Positions 10,823 to 21,585 of a stretch of 64,000 nt of DNA are shown one piece after another; within the stretch, counting starts at the first letter, position 1, and every line of letters begins with the position of its first letter. Both the position numbers and the translations under genes were made by a program. Location of the stretch: the NCBI GenBank assembly GCA_964448115.1, contig CAYUVA010000008.1, forward strand, positions 1 to 64,000, read 5' to 3'. The DNA comes from an uncultured bacterium. GTDB taxonomy: Bacteria; CAYUVA01. Under the pieces are notes generated by a model, which worked only from the letters and a program-made list of their open reading frames with translations, made no database searches and was not told where the DNA came from.

Positions 10823-11007
10823 ATATGCTCATCCTGCATGCTGGTTAATGGATACCATTACCTTTGGCAGCACATAGATAACACATAAAATAGACACCTT
10901 CAAGATTTACCAGCCAGTGTTGCTTGAATTATTGGACAGATAGAGCTATATACTTAAGCTTCGAGCATAAAATATGACAGCTTGAGATAACACAGGAGCT
11001 AACCTTT

Positions 11008-12489
11008 ATGATCTTCGATGATGAGCTTATAGCCAAGCGAGAAAAGCTGATCTCTGAGGGGATCGATCCCTACCCTTATTCCTACCCACTCCCAACAGCG
11101 ATCTCGTGGATCCGGAAACATCATACAGATTTCGAGAGAGAACCTACCCATGCGGCTGGAAGGATAGTAGCCTATCGGAGTATGGGCAAGGCTATCTTCC
11201 TCGATATCGAGGATTTCGATAGCCGCATCCAGGTCTATATAAAAAAGGATATGGTCAGCGATAAGGAATGGTTAAGCGCAAGAAACCTCGATCTCGGCGA
11301 TATACTGGGCGTAAAGGGGACCACCTTCATCACCCGAACCGGCGAGCTTACCATACTAGCCCAGCAGCTCGAACTTCTGGCTAAAACGCTGATCAGGGTA
11401 CCGATAAGCAAGGAAAAAGATGGCAAGCGATGGTACCAGCTCACCGATGTGGAGACCAGATACCGCGAGCGCTACCTGGAGTGGATCACGGACCGGGATG
11501 CTCGCCAACGAGTTCTCCTTCGGGCAGCGGTGATGAAAGCGCTGAGGCGTTCCATGGAGTCGCGGGGCTTCATCGAGGTCGATACGCCGGTCATCGAACT
11601 CATCTACGGCGGAGCGGAGGCTCGCCCTTTCACCACTACCATACATGACCTCGAGGATCAGCTCGCCTACCTGCGCATATCCCCGGAGCTTTATCTAAAG
11701 CGCTACATAGTCGGCGGCTTCGAGAAGGTCTATACTATATGCAAGAACTTTCGCAACGAGAGCATCGACCGCTGCCACAATGCAGAATTCACCATGATGG
11801 AGTGGTACCAGGCATACACCGACTATTACGACCAGCTAACCTTGTTTGAGCAGGTGGTCGCCGAGATAGTTGAGAATATCACCGGTGGCTTGAAGATCAC
11901 CTACCAGGGCGTGGAGCTTGATTTCACAACTCCCTGGCGCCGGGTATCCATGTCCCAGCTAGTTAGCGAGGCTGCAGGGTTCGAGGTCATGGAGGCGCCG
12001 CTTCAAAAGATAGCTCAATTCATGAGACAACACGATATACCGATACCAGAGGACATGACGCCGGGAATCGCAATGGCTGAGATCTATGATGCACTATGCG
12101 AGAAGGAGATCCTTCAGCCAACTTTTGTCATGGATCATCCAAGGGAGATCTCCCCGTTGACCAAGCAGAAACGAGGTAATCCTTTATTAGTGGAGCGTTT
12201 CGAGCCGGTCATCTGCGGGATGGAGATGGGCAATGCCTACTCGGAGCTGACCGACCCCCTGGTACAATACGAGCGCTTCAAGGAGCAAAGGCTCTATGCT
12301 CATGCCAAAATGGATGATGGCAAGGTTGAGCACCACCCAATTGACATGGACTTCATCAAGGCGATGAGCTGCGGAATGCCACCCACCGGTGGGGTGGGGC
12401 TAGGGGTAGATCGCCTGATCATGCTTCTTTGCGATGTTCCCTCTATTAGGGATATTATACCATTTCCCCTGATGAAACCGCTTGAATAG
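11008..12489 (+). CDS. lysS: Lysine--tRNA ligase (class II)
   Basis: OB-fold N-terminus, GGAEARPF, YLRISPELYLKR, FRNE, HNAEFTMMEWY, GMPPTGGVGLGVDRL. Confidence 0.97.
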   Translation: MIFDDELIAKREKLISEGIDPYPYSYPLPTAISWIRKHHTDFEREPTHAAGRIVAYRSMGKAIFLDIEDFDSRIQVYIKKDMVSDKEWLSARNLDLGDILGVKGTTFITRTGELTILAQQLELLAKTLIRVPISKEKDGKRWYQLTDVETRYRERYLEWITDRDARQRVLLRAAVMKALRRSMESRGFIEVDTPVIELIYGGAEARPFTTTIHDLEDQLAYLRISPELYLKRYIVGGFEKVYTICKNFRNESIDRCHNAEFTMMEWYQAYTDYYDQLTLFEQVVAEIVENITGGLKITYQGVELDFTTPWRRVSMSQLVSEAAGFEVMEAPLQKIAQFMRQHDIPIPEDMTPGIAMAEIYDALCEKEILQPTFVMDHPREISPLTKQKRGNPLLVERFEPVICGMEMGNAYSELTDPLVQYERFKEQRLYAHAKMDDGKVEHHPIDMDFIKAMSCGMPPTGGVGLGVDRLIMLLCDVPSIRDIIPFPLMKPLE

Positions 12490-12561
12490 GGGCTTTTAAT
12501 GCTGTCATAAGATACGAGTACTTGATAAAAAATATTTGCTTGTTTCACCATAAAAAAACTG

Positions 12562-12590
12562 TTGACAATGATTATATGTAATGTTATATT
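12562..12590 (+). promoter_or_regulatory. Sigma70-type promoter for the sat-apr-qmo operon
   Basis: TTGACA (12562-12567), 17-bp spacer, TATATT (12585-12590) with an extended -10 TG. Confidence 0.7.
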
Positions 12591-12883
12591 GGAGATCCGC
12601 TGATCTGGATAAGTCAACGAAACAGGCGGAAAAAAAAGGCAGGAAAAGATACTGAGGTTGAAAGCGGTAAGCAGGTCTAGCAGAACTGGAATACTGAAGC
12701 AGGTTCATGGATCTCCCTTTTGGAATCCAAGGGAAACAGGCAAGGCTACTAAGGGGAGGAGAAGCGTTTCAATCACCATCCATGAGCCTAGTGGATACGA
12801 TGGTGCTTTTATTGAGAAAAGCACCAGGTCGAGGAACCAATCAAGTATGCCAATTGTAATATGAATCCAATAGGAGGTTTTTA

Positions 12884-14131
12884 ATGGCATTAGTACCACC
12901 ACATGCGAAGATAGGCACTCCACCAGAGGAAAGGGCACTCAAACCCTTGTTGCTGTCTGGAGCACAGCTTGAGGAAGAAAAGAAGAAAGCACAGAGCCTA
13001 AAGAAAGTACCTATGACCTCGAGGGAGACCTCGGATGTCATAATGATGGCGATCGGCGCCTTCACGCCCCTGGAGGGCTTCATGGGATACGATGACTGGA
13101 AGGGCGTATGCGATAACTTCCTTATGGCAAACAACACCTTCTGGCCGATTCCCATCACCCTCTCCGCATCAAAGGATGTTGCCGATGGAATCAGCATCGG
13201 CGAGGAGATCGCACTGCTCGATACCGAGACCGATGAGATCATCGCAACCATGAAGGTAACCGAGAAATACACCATCGACAAGGAATACGAGTGTAAAAAG
13301 GTATTCACAACCACTGACACCGAGCATCCTGGCGTGGCAAAGGTTATGGCTCAGGAGGATGTCAACCTGGCTGGACCGATTAAGGTCTTAAGCGAGAGCT
13401 ACTATCCGGAGATGTTCAAGGATATCTACATGCGCCCGGATGAGAGCCGCAAGATCTTTGAGGAAAAGGGGTGGAACCGGGTTGCAGCATTGCAGCTTAG
13501 AAACCCGATGCACCGCTCCCACGAATACCTGGCAAAGATCGCCATCGAGGTCTGCGATGGGCTGTTCATCCACCAGTTGGTGGGCAAACTCAAGCCTGGC
13601 GACATCCCGGCAGATGTGCGCGTAAAGTGCATAAATACGCTTGTGGAGAACTATTTTGTCCCTAACACGGTAGTGATGGGTGGCTATCCGATGGAGATGC
13701 GCTATGGCGGACCTCGAGAGGCTCTGCTTCATGCCGTATTTCGCCAGAACTTCGGGTGCTCTGATATGATCATCGGAAGAGACCATGCTGGAGTCGGCGA
13801 TTACTATGGACCCTTCGATGCGCAAAAGATCTTCCTAGATATCCCTGAAGGCGGTCTCTTGACCAAGAATATGAATATCGATTGGACCTTCTGGTGCCAC
13901 AAGTGCTATGGCATGGCTTCGATGAGAACCTGCCCGCACGGCAAGGAGGATCGCCTGCTTCTAAGCGGCACCGCCTTGCGCAAGGCACTATCGGAAGGCA
14001 AGGATGTCCCCAAGGAGTTCAGCCGTCCAGAGATATTGGCTATCCTTAAAGACTATTATGCCAATCTCGAAGAGAAGGTCGATATCAAGCTGCACGGACA
14101 CGCTACCGGAGAAGCTGAGAAGAAGAAGTAG
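12884..14131 (+). CDS. sat: Sulfate adenylyltransferase (dissimilatory)
   Basis: [58 protein letters not shown]. Confidence 0.97.
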   Translation: MALVPPHAKIGTPPEERALKPLLLSGAQLEEEKKKAQSLKKVPMTSRETSDVIMMAIGAFTPLEGFMGYDDWKGVCDNFLMANNTFWPIPITLSASKDVADGISIGEEIALLDTETDEIIATMKVTEKYTIDKEYECKKVFTTTDTEHPGVAKVMAQEDVNLAGPIKVLSESYYPEMFKDIYMRPDESRKIFEEKGWNRVAALQLRNPMHRSHEYLAKIAIEVCDGLFIHQLVGKLKPGDIPADVRVKCINTLVENYFVPNTVVMGGYPMEMRYGGPREALLHAVFRQNFGCSDMIIGRDHAGVGDYYGPFDAQKIFLDIPEGGLLTKNMNIDWTFWCHKCYGMASMRTCPHGKEDRLLLSGTALRKALSEGKDVPKEFSRPEILAILKDYYANLEEKVDIKLHGHATGEAEKKK

Positions 14132-14280
14132 GCATCAAGGAAGTTTGCTTACCATGAAGATGACAACTAAAGCGATGATAGTAATGTTTGGGCATACAGG
14201 GCATCAAGAAAAAGATTATTCATCTAGCCCTGGTATCCAAGCTGTTGTATTCCAAACTCATTAGCAGGAGGAAAGATTAG

Positions 14281-14718
14281 ATGCCGAGTTTTGTAATTCC
14301 AGAGAAATGCGATGGATGCAAGGCTCTTGACAAGACGGCATGCCAGTACATTTGCCCCAACGACCTCATGGTCTTGGACAAGGAGCAGATGAAGGCTTTC
14401 AACCAGGAGCCGGAGATGTGCTGGGAATGCTATAACTGTGTCAAGATCTGTCCCACGCAGGCTGTCGAGATCAGGGGTTATGCAGATTTTATCCCCCTAG
14501 GAGCTACCGTTATGCCCCAGAGGGGTACCGATTCCATAATGTGGACGATCAAGTTCAGGAATGGAATGGTTAAGCGGTTCAAGTTCCCCATCAGAACAAC
14601 CGCAGAGGGAGAGGCTGTACCGAGTGGCGGTTACCCGGAGCACGATGATATCAACAGCATCGCTCTGGCAAACGAGCCACAAGCCCTGGATCTTCCCGAA
14701 GTTCCAACCTTGAAGTAA
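14281..14718 (+). CDS. aprB: Adenylylsulfate reductase beta subunit
   Basis: CDGC...CQYICP and CWECYNCVKICP ferredoxin motifs; RGYADF; KRFKFPIRTT.EG. Confidence 0.97.
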   Translation: MPSFVIPEKCDGCKALDKTACQYICPNDLMVLDKEQMKAFNQEPEMCWECYNCVKICPTQAVEIRGYADFIPLGATVMPQRGTDSIMWTIKFRNGMVKRFKFPIRTTAEGEAVPSGGYPEHDDINSIALANEPQALDLPEVPTLK

Positions 14719-14737
14719 CGAGAAGGAGGTTTCTAAC

Positions 14738-16624
14738 ATGGAAAATTTTGAGACCGTAGAAGTCAAGACCGACCTCCTGATTCTGGGCGGAGGTATGGCT
14801 GCCTGTGGCGCTGCTGTCGAAGCTGCTTACTGGGCAAAGAAAGCTGGTATTAAGGTTACATTGGTCGATAAAGCTGCTGTTGAGAGATCCGGCGCCGTGG
14901 CAATGGGGCTTTCAGCCATCAACCAGTATGTCGATCTTAGAAGCGGAAACAACACCGTTGAGGACTATGTCAACTATGTGCGCAATGACCTTATGGGCAT
15001 AACCAGGGAAGACCTGGTTTACAATATTGCTCGCCATGTCGATTCCACGGTGCACCTGTTCGAGAAATGGGGTCTGCCGATATGGAAAGACGAGGAGGGC
15101 AATTATGTCCACGAGGGTCGCTGGCAGCTTATGATCAATGGCGAATCCTACAAGGTTGTGATTGCCGAGGCAGCCAAGAATGCCCTGGCATCACTGGGCG
15201 ATAATGGAGAGATCTATGAAAGAGTCTTCATCGTTGAGCCTATCCTCGATGGCGACCGCATCGCTGGCGCTTTAGGATTCTCTGTCCGCGAGAACAAGTT
15301 CTATGTCTTCAAGGCAAAGGCTGTCATCGTCGCCATGGGTGGCGCTGTGCATGTATTCAAGCCGAGAAGCTCCGGCGAGGGTCTTGGTCGTGCCTGGTAT
15401 CCACCTTGGAACAGCGGCTCCAGTGCCTATTTCACCATCAGGGCTGGCGCTGAGATGACCTGCCAGGAGGTTCGCTTCATCCCGGTTCGCTTCAAGGATG
15501 CTTATGGACCTGTCGGCGCATGGTTCTTGCTCTTCAAGTCCCGTGCTACCAACGCCTTTGGCGGGGAGTACATGGTGGAAAGAAGACCAGAGCTGGAGAA
15601 GTGGGTGCCTTACGGCAAGGTAAAGCCGATGCCCGCCAACCTGAGAAACTGGCTCGGAATGCTCGATATCTTCGAGGGCAAGGGACCCATCTACATGAGA
15701 ACCGAGGAAGCTATCCAGAAGATCGCCCAGAGCGCTGGCGACGAGAAGGCTGCCAAGAAGAAGCTAAAGGAACTCGAAGCCGAGGCTTGGGAGGACTTCC
15801 TCGATATGACCATCTCGCAGGCTCACCTGTGGGCAGGCACCAATGTGCAGCCCGAAGAAAAGTCCTCAGAGATCGCCGCTGCCGAGCCTTACTTCATCGG
15901 CTCCCACTCCGGGGCATCCGGCGCCTGGGTAAGCGGTCCCGAGGACCTGGCTCCGCCTGAATACTTCTGGGGCTATGACCACATGGCAACCATCAAGGGC
16001 ATGTTCTGTGCCGGTGATGCTTCCGGTGCCTCCAGCCATAAATTCTCCTCCGGCTCCCATGCCGAGGGTCGAATAGTAGGCAAGTCCGCGGTCAAGTTCA
16101 TCATGGAGAATGGTGATGAGCCTAAATATGACGAGGCTTGGATCGAAGAGCAGAAGAACAGGATTCTACTGCCCCTTAAGATCTTCGAGGACAACAAGGC
16201 TGGAACCAGCGATCCCAATATTCATACCGCATACATCAAGCCCAAGATGTTCATGTTCAGGTTGCAGAAGATCATGGACGAGTATGTAGGAGGTGTCTCC
16301 GCGCAGTTCTCCACCAACGAGGCAATGCTAAACAGAGCCTTGGAGCTGCTCGGATTCCTCAAGGAAGATGCCGAGAAGCTGGCTGCCGAGGATCTGCACG
16401 AGCTGATGCGTTGCTGGGAGAATGTACAGCGCATGTGGCAGGCTGAAGCCCATGTCAGAACCATCCTGTTCCGCGAGGAAACCAGGTGGCCTGGATACTA
16501 CTTCCGGGCTGACAAGCCGACTATGGATGAGGACAACTGGAGATGCTTCGTCAACCTGACTTGGGATCCCAAGACGGATGAGTGGAATGTCTTCAAGAAG
16601 GAGATCATCCACATACTCAAGTAG
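14738..16624 (+). CDS. aprA: Adenylylsulfate reductase alpha subunit
   Basis: GGGMAACG FAD motif, RSGAVAMGLSAIN, WQLMINGESYK, RFKDAYGPVGAWFL, HKFSSGSHAEGR, ETRWPGYY. Confidence 0.98.
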   Translation: MENFETVEVKTDLLILGGGMAACGAAVEAAYWAKKAGIKVTLVDKAAVERSGAVAMGLSAINQYVDLRSGNNTVEDYVNYVRNDLMGITREDLVYNIARHVDSTVHLFEKWGLPIWKDEEGNYVHEGRWQLMINGESYKVVIAEAAKNALASLGDNGEIYERVFIVEPILDGDRIAGALGFSVRENKFYVFKAKAVIVAMGGAVHVFKPRSSGEGLGRAWYPPWNSGSSAYFTIRAGAEMTCQEVRFIPVRFKDAYGPVGAWFLLFKSRATNAFGGEYMVERRPELEKWVPYGKVKPMPANLRNWLGMLDIFEGKGPIYMRTEEAIQKIAQSAGDEKAAKKKLKELEAEAWEDFLDMTISQAHLWAGTNVQPEEKSSEIAAAEPYFIGSHSGASGAWVSGPEDLAPPEYFWGYDHMATIKGMFCAGDASGASSHKFSSGSHAEGRIVGKSAVKFIMENGDEPKYDEAWIEEQKNRILLPLKIFEDNKAGTSDPNIHTAYIKPKMFMFRLQKIMDEYVGGVSAQFSTNEAMLNRALELLGFLKEDAEKLAAEDLHELMRCWENVQRMWQAEAHVRTILFREETRWPGYYFRADKPTMDEDNWRCFVNLTWDPKTDEWNVFKKEIIHILK

Positions 16625-16913
16625 TCCGAGAATAGGAAAACCTGTCAGGCATCCACCATCGAAGTGGCTCTGCCTGCTATAACAGTATATGCAGCTCCAG
16701 GCGATCTTGTTAAGCAGGACGCCTGGAGTTGCTATGAATAGCTTTATTAGATCGCTGGCAAATACAACCTTGAGCATTGAAAAAACGAACATTTGCATTT
16801 GTGATGAATCTTATATATACAAAGCAGCGATTTGATGTTCGAGCCGATGGTAGTTACAGAGCCAAGAATTGAAGATCAACCGGCTAACTGATGCAGTCTG
16901 GCGGAGAACCTGG

Positions 16914-17201
16914 ATGTCGAACAAAAGCGAAGAAAAACCTTGCTGTCCTTACTGTGGGAATGCCTTGAAGAAATGGAGATGCCCACCGGATTCATCCTGG
17001 GGAGTAGAATTTCAATGGGTATGTTTCAATGATCAATGCGAATACATGTTAAACGGCTGGAAGTGGATGATGGCTAAATATAGAGTCAGTGCCTCATACC
17101 GCTTCCGCCTGAATCCCAAGACCGGCGAGACGGGTCCCATCCCCATCTGGTCTTTATCCGCCCTTAAAAGTTCAATAATCGAAGAAGAGGAAGATGACTG
17201 A
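16914..17201 (+). CDS. Small Cys-rich (zinc-ribbon-like) hypothetical protein
   Basis: ATG 16914 after GGAGA; CPYCG...W...SWG.EFQWVCFNDQC.Y..GW.WM; overlaps the next gene. Confidence 0.75.
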   Translation: MSNKSEEKPCCPYCGNALKKWRCPPDSSWGVEFQWVCFNDQCEYMLNGWKWMMAKYRVSASYRFRLNPKTGETGPIPIWSLSALKSSIIEEEEDD

Positions 17202-18027
17202 AGACAAGGAAAGGGAAACCTTGCGAAGGATAGATAACCTGAAGGAAAAGATATTAAAGGAATATCCCCGCCTGGACAGAAGCGACAGCTTCAAGTTCAA
17301 CTGCCATCCCGGCATCGACTGCTTCAATACCTGCTGTGCGGATATAAATATACTACTAACTCCTTACGATATCCTGCGCATGAAGCGACGGCTGGGCATC
17401 AGCTCAGGGGAGTTCCTTGAGCGTTACACATTATCCCCCTTTAATAAGCAGCAGACACTTCCCGTTATTGTGCTTAGAATGAATGATGACGACAGGAGAA
17501 CCTGTCCCTTTGTCAGCGAGCAGGGCTGCACCATATACGAAGATCGTCCCTGGTCTTGCAGGATGTATCCGGTGGGATACGCCTCGCCGACCGAGCTTGC
17601 CATGGAAACCAAGCCATTTTATTTCTTGATGGACGATAAGGAGTGCCGCGGATTGTCTGAGAATAAACAATGGACTATTGAGGGATGGATAAAGGATCAA
17701 GGCATAGATAAGTACGATGAGTTCGGCGAGCTTTTCAAGGGGGTAAACTATCATCCGAGGCTAAGCATGGGAATGAAGCTGGCGCCTCAGCAACTTCACA
17801 TGTACCACACGGTATGTTATGACCTCGATTCATTCAGGCGATTCATCATCGAAAGCACTTTCCTGGAGCGTTTCATCGTGGCTGATGAGGTTATTGATAC
17901 TATTAAACAAGATGATGAAGAGCTGCTTAAATTCGGATTCGAATGGCTGAAGTTCAGCCTTTTCCACGAGAAAACCCCTTTGATAAAAAAGAGGTATCTC
18001 GATGAGAATATAAAAAGGAAAAAATAG
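17194..18027 (+). CDS. YkgJ-family (CxxCxxCC) cysteine-cluster protein
   Basis: F.CHPGIDCFNTCC, LTPYDI.R, CPF....CTIYEDRPWSCRMYP, C.G motifs. Confidence 0.88.
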   Translation: MTEDKERETLRRIDNLKEKILKEYPRLDRSDSFKFNCHPGIDCFNTCCADINILLTPYDILRMKRRLGISSGEFLERYTLSPFNKQQTLPVIVLRMNDDDRRTCPFVSEQGCTIYEDRPWSCRMYPVGYASPTELAMETKPFYFLMDDKECRGLSENKQWTIEGWIKDQGIDKYDEFGELFKGVNYHPRLSMGMKLAPQQLHMYHTVCYDLDSFRRFIIESTFLERFIVADEVIDTIKQDDEELLKFGFEWLKFSLFHEKTPLIKKRYLDENIKRKK

Positions 18028-18135
18028 GATAGTATCTTTATCACGGGAGCAGATGGAAAGATATGTTTTTTAGGTTCAACACTCCCTTTAGGATAAAAGA
18101 GAATTAGATTACCCAAAACCAAGGAGTACCGTGAA

Positions 18136-19413
18136 GTGGCTAAGAAGAAGGAAACCAAATCTCCCAAACACCCCATATTAATAGTCGGAGCTGGTATTAG
18201 CGGTATCTCGGCGGCGGTTGAGGCATCCGAAGCAGGGTACGAGGTTATCCTAGTGGAGAAAAATCCTTATATTGGGGGAAGGGTAGTAAGCATGAACAAG
18301 TACTTCCCCAAGCTATGTCCCCCGATATGCGGAATGGAGATCAACTTCAAGCGCATGAAAAGGAATCCACGAATAACCATCCATACCCTAACCGAAGTGC
18401 AGCAGATACAGGGCGAAGCTGGCGATTACCAGGTTACCCTTACCACCAAGCCGAGGTTCGTAAATGAGCGCTGTACCGCCTGCGATGAGTGCGTAAAGGT
18501 ATGTCCGGTGGAAAGACCGAACGACTTCAACTACGGCATGGATAAGACCAAGGCTATCTACCTGCCGCACCTCATGTCATGGCCATTGCGCTATGTTATC
18601 GATATGAAAAGCTGTCTCGGCGAGTCATGCTCCGAGTGCGTAAAGGCTTGTCCTTATGATGCTATCGACCTGTCCATGAAGGAGGAGACCTTTACGGTAC
18701 AAGCCGGCGCCGTGATAGTAGCCACCGGCTGGAAGCCCTATGATGCATCCAAGATAGACAACCTTGGCTTCATGCGCTACCGCAATGTGATAACCAATGT
18801 TATGATGGAGCGGCTTGCTGCTGAGGATGGTCCCACTGGAGGCAAGATCCTTCGCCCCTCGGACAACAAGGAAGTAAAGCGCATCGCCTTCGTGCAGTGC
18901 GCCGGCTCCAGGGATGAGAAGCATCTCGGTTATTGCAGCGCTGTATGCTGCTCTGCTTCGCTGAAGCATGCCAGGTATGTGAGAGAGCAGTATCCGGATT
19001 CTGAGGCGTTTATTTTCTTCATCGATACCCGCACCCCGGGAAGGCTGGAGAGCTTCTACACCCAGAGCAAGGATGATGAAAAGATACATATAATAAAGGG
19101 CAAGGTGGCTGATATCACCCAGGAACCGACTAGTGGAGACCTGACCGTGGTGGCTGAAGATGCCCTAAGCGGCAAGAAGACCTATACCAAGGTTGACATG
19201 GTCGTTCTGGCTACCGGTCTGGTGCCCACGCTCAACGAGTTGAGGTTTTCCTCAAAGCTGATCCTTGATGAATACGGCTTTATCGCTCCCGGTGCCGATA
19301 ACAACGGCGTCTTCGTTGCTGGTTGCTCCAAGCGACCGATGGATGTAGCTCGCAGCGTTGCCGACGCCACTGGTGTCGCACTCAAGGCAATCCAAACCGT
19401 GGTAAGGAGTTGA
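18136..19413 (+). CDS. qmoA: QmoA (HdrA-like flavoprotein)
   Basis: GAGISG FAD motif, KYFPKLCPP.CG, CAGSRD..HL.YCS.VCC; downstream of aprBA. Confidence 0.93.
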   Translation: MAKKKETKSPKHPILIVGAGISGISAAVEASEAGYEVILVEKNPYIGGRVVSMNKYFPKLCPPICGMEINFKRMKRNPRITIHTLTEVQQIQGEAGDYQVTLTTKPRFVNERCTACDECVKVCPVERPNDFNYGMDKTKAIYLPHLMSWPLRYVIDMKSCLGESCSECVKACPYDAIDLSMKEETFTVQAGAVIVATGWKPYDASKIDNLGFMRYRNVITNVMMERLAAEDGPTGGKILRPSDNKEVKRIAFVQCAGSRDEKHLGYCSAVCCSASLKHARYVREQYPDSEAFIFFIDTRTPGRLESFYTQSKDDEKIHIIKGKVADITQEPTSGDLTVVAEDALSGKKTYTKVDMVVLATGLVPTLNELRFSSKLILDEYGFIAPGADNNGVFVAGCSKRPMDVARSVADATGVALKAIQTVVRS

Positions 19414-19417
19414 TGAG

Positions 19418-21574
19418 ATGACAGACAAGAAGATAGGAACATATATATGCACAGGCTGCGGCATAGGCGATGCACTCGATATCGAAGCCCTGTCAAAAAT
19501 TGCCACCGATGAGTTCAAGGTCGGTGTATGCCGTAACCATAACTTCCTTTGCAGCAAAGAGGGAGTGAAGCTGATCACCGATGATATAAAGAGGGAAGGG
19601 ATCGATACTGCGATCATCGCCGCTTGCTCTGCCAGGTACTGCTGGGATGTGTTCAACTTTGGAGAGGCTGTGCACACCGAGCGGGTTAATATCCGCGAGC
19701 ATGTCGCCTGGGTTTTCAAGCCAAAGGATGAGGATACGCAGATGGCTGCCGAGGATTACCTGCGCATGGGCATAACCAAGGCTAACCTGACCAAGCCTGT
19801 AAATCGCTACATCCCCGAAGCCGAGGTAAGCAAGGACATACTGGTCGTCGGCGGAGGCGTTGCCGGCATGACCGCTGCGCTCGAGGCTGCCAAAGCCGGC
19901 TACAAGGTGCACCTGGTGGAGAAGGAAAAACAGTTGGGAGGATTCGCCGCCAAGCTATACAAGGAATTCCCCACCCACTCACCATATACGAAACTCGAAG
20001 ACCCCGGCGTCCAAGACCTCATCGACCAGGTTAAAAAGGATAAGGCTATCACGGTTCATGTAGCGGCTTCCCTAGAAAAGATCGAGGGCGCACCTGGGCT
20101 GTTCGATGTTACCATCAAAGAAAAGGGAAAAAACAAGGGTTTCCGTATCGGCGCTATAGTGCAAGCCACCGGCTTCAAGCCATACGATGCCTCCAAGATC
20201 GAGCACCTAGGCTATGGCAAACACAAGAATATTGTTACCGGTTTCGAGTTGGAGGAAATGGCAAAGAATAACTCTATAAAACTCCCTTCCAATGATGGCA
20301 AGGTCCAAAGCATAGCATTCATCCTCTGCGCCGGCTCCAGGGATGAGAATCATCTCCCCTATTGCTCGACCGTCTGTTGTATGAACTCGCTGAAACAGGC
20401 GCTTTATATACGGGAGAAATACCCTGAAGCGAAGATATATATCTTCTACAAAGATATCCGCACTCCCGGACAGTACGAGAACTTCTACAGCAAGATCCAG
20501 GAGGATCCTGGCATCTTCCTCACTAAGGGTGATGTGGTCAGGGTGGCTGGCAACGGGGAGAACGATCTGGTCGTCGAGGTCGATAACACCCTGCTCGGCG
20601 AGAAGATAAAGGTCAAGGTGAACATGGCTGTACTGGCTACCGGCATGGTACCGGTTTCCGGATGCGAGGAGTCGCCGCTCCTGCACCTGGAATACAGGCA
20701 GGGACCGGATCTTCCTGAACTGGAGTATGGCTTCCCGGATTCCCATTTTATATGCTTCCCTTACGAGACTCGAAGAACAGGTATTTATGCAGCCGGCTGC
20801 GTGCGTAATCCGATGGATATCGCATCTGCCAGGGAGGATGCTGCCGGGGCAGCCATGAAGGCTATACAAAACGTGGAGATGACAGCAAAAGGCGAGGCGG
20901 TGCACCCGCGCGGGCTGGACATCACCTTCCCGGAGTTCTTCATGCAAAAGTGCACCCAGTGCAAGCGCTGCACCGAGGAATGCCCATTTGGCACACTCAA
21001 CGAGGACGCCAAGGGCACGCCGCTGGAGAACCCGACCCGCTGTCGTCGCTGCGGAATATGCCTCGGCGCCTGCCCGGAGAAGATCATCTCCTTTGCCGAC
21101 TTCTCGGTGAACATGATCGCCAAGATGATCAAGTGCATCTCCATGCCCGAAGAGGACGAGGAGAAGCCGAGAGTTTTAGCATTTTTCTGCGAGAACGATG
21201 CTTATCCGGGACTTGATATGCTAGGAATGAAGAGGATAGGCTATTCTCCCTATATCAGGATAATACCGGTTAGGTGCCTAGGCTCGGTGAACATCGTCTG
21301 GATGGCAGACGCTCTGTCTGCTGGCTTTGATGCCATATTGTTGATCGGCTGCAAGTCCGGCGATGACTACCAATGCCACTATATCAAGGGTAGCGAGCTG
21401 GCAGGGGTGCGAATGGATAATGTCCAGGAGACCCTGCAGAAGCTGATGCTGGAGAGGGAGAGAATCTCGATCAAAGAGCTTCCTATGAACGAGTACCATA
21501 AGATTCCCGAGTACATCGAGGATATCATGGAAGTAGTCGAGGAATACGGTCCTAACCCATTCAAAGATCTATAA
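19418..21574 (+). CDS. qmoB: QmoB (HdrA-like with C-terminal MvhD/FlpD domain)
   Basis: YICTGC, GGGVAG, DSHFICFPYETRRTGIY, CTQCKRCTEECPFG, CENDAYP...PVRCLGS, GPNPFK. Confidence 0.95.
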   Translation: MTDKKIGTYICTGCGIGDALDIEALSKIATDEFKVGVCRNHNFLCSKEGVKLITDDIKREGIDTAIIAACSARYCWDVFNFGEAVHTERVNIREHVAWVFKPKDEDTQMAAEDYLRMGITKANLTKPVNRYIPEAEVSKDILVVGGGVAGMTAALEAAKAGYKVHLVEKEKQLGGFAAKLYKEFPTHSPYTKLEDPGVQDLIDQVKKDKAITVHVAASLEKIEGAPGLFDVTIKEKGKNKGFRIGAIVQATGFKPYDASKIEHLGYGKHKNIVTGFELEEMAKNNSIKLPSNDGKVQSIAFILCAGSRDENHLPYCSTVCCMNSLKQALYIREKYPEAKIYIFYKDIRTPGQYENFYSKIQEDPGIFLTKGDVVRVAGNGENDLVVEVDNTLLGEKIKVKVNMAVLATGMVPVSGCEESPLLHLEYRQGPDLPELEYGFPDSHFICFPYETRRTGIYAAGCVRNPMDIASAREDAAGAAMKAIQNVEMTAKGEAVHPRGLDITFPEFFMQKCTQCKRCTEECPFGTLNEDAKGTPLENPTRCRRCGICLGACPEKIISFADFSVNMIAKMIKCISMPEEDEEKPRVLAFFCENDAYPGLDMLGMKRIGYSPYIRIIPVRCLGSVNIVWMADALSAGFDAILLIGCKSGDDYQCHYIKGSELAGVRMDNVQETLQKLMLERERISIKELPMNEYHKIPEYIEDIMEVVEEYGPNPFKDL

Positions 21575-21585
21575 GGAAGTGAGCC

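Noticed and set aside
12591-12716. GGAGATCC...GGATCTCC long-range pairing suggesting a 6S-like or other ncRNA
   Set aside because: The 5' arm lies mostly upstream of the expected TSS (about 7 nt after the -10 box), and I see no extended internal pairing.
12658-12864. 68-aa ORF in the sat leader
   Set aside because: TTG start and no recognisable protein features; I cannot support it as a leader peptide.
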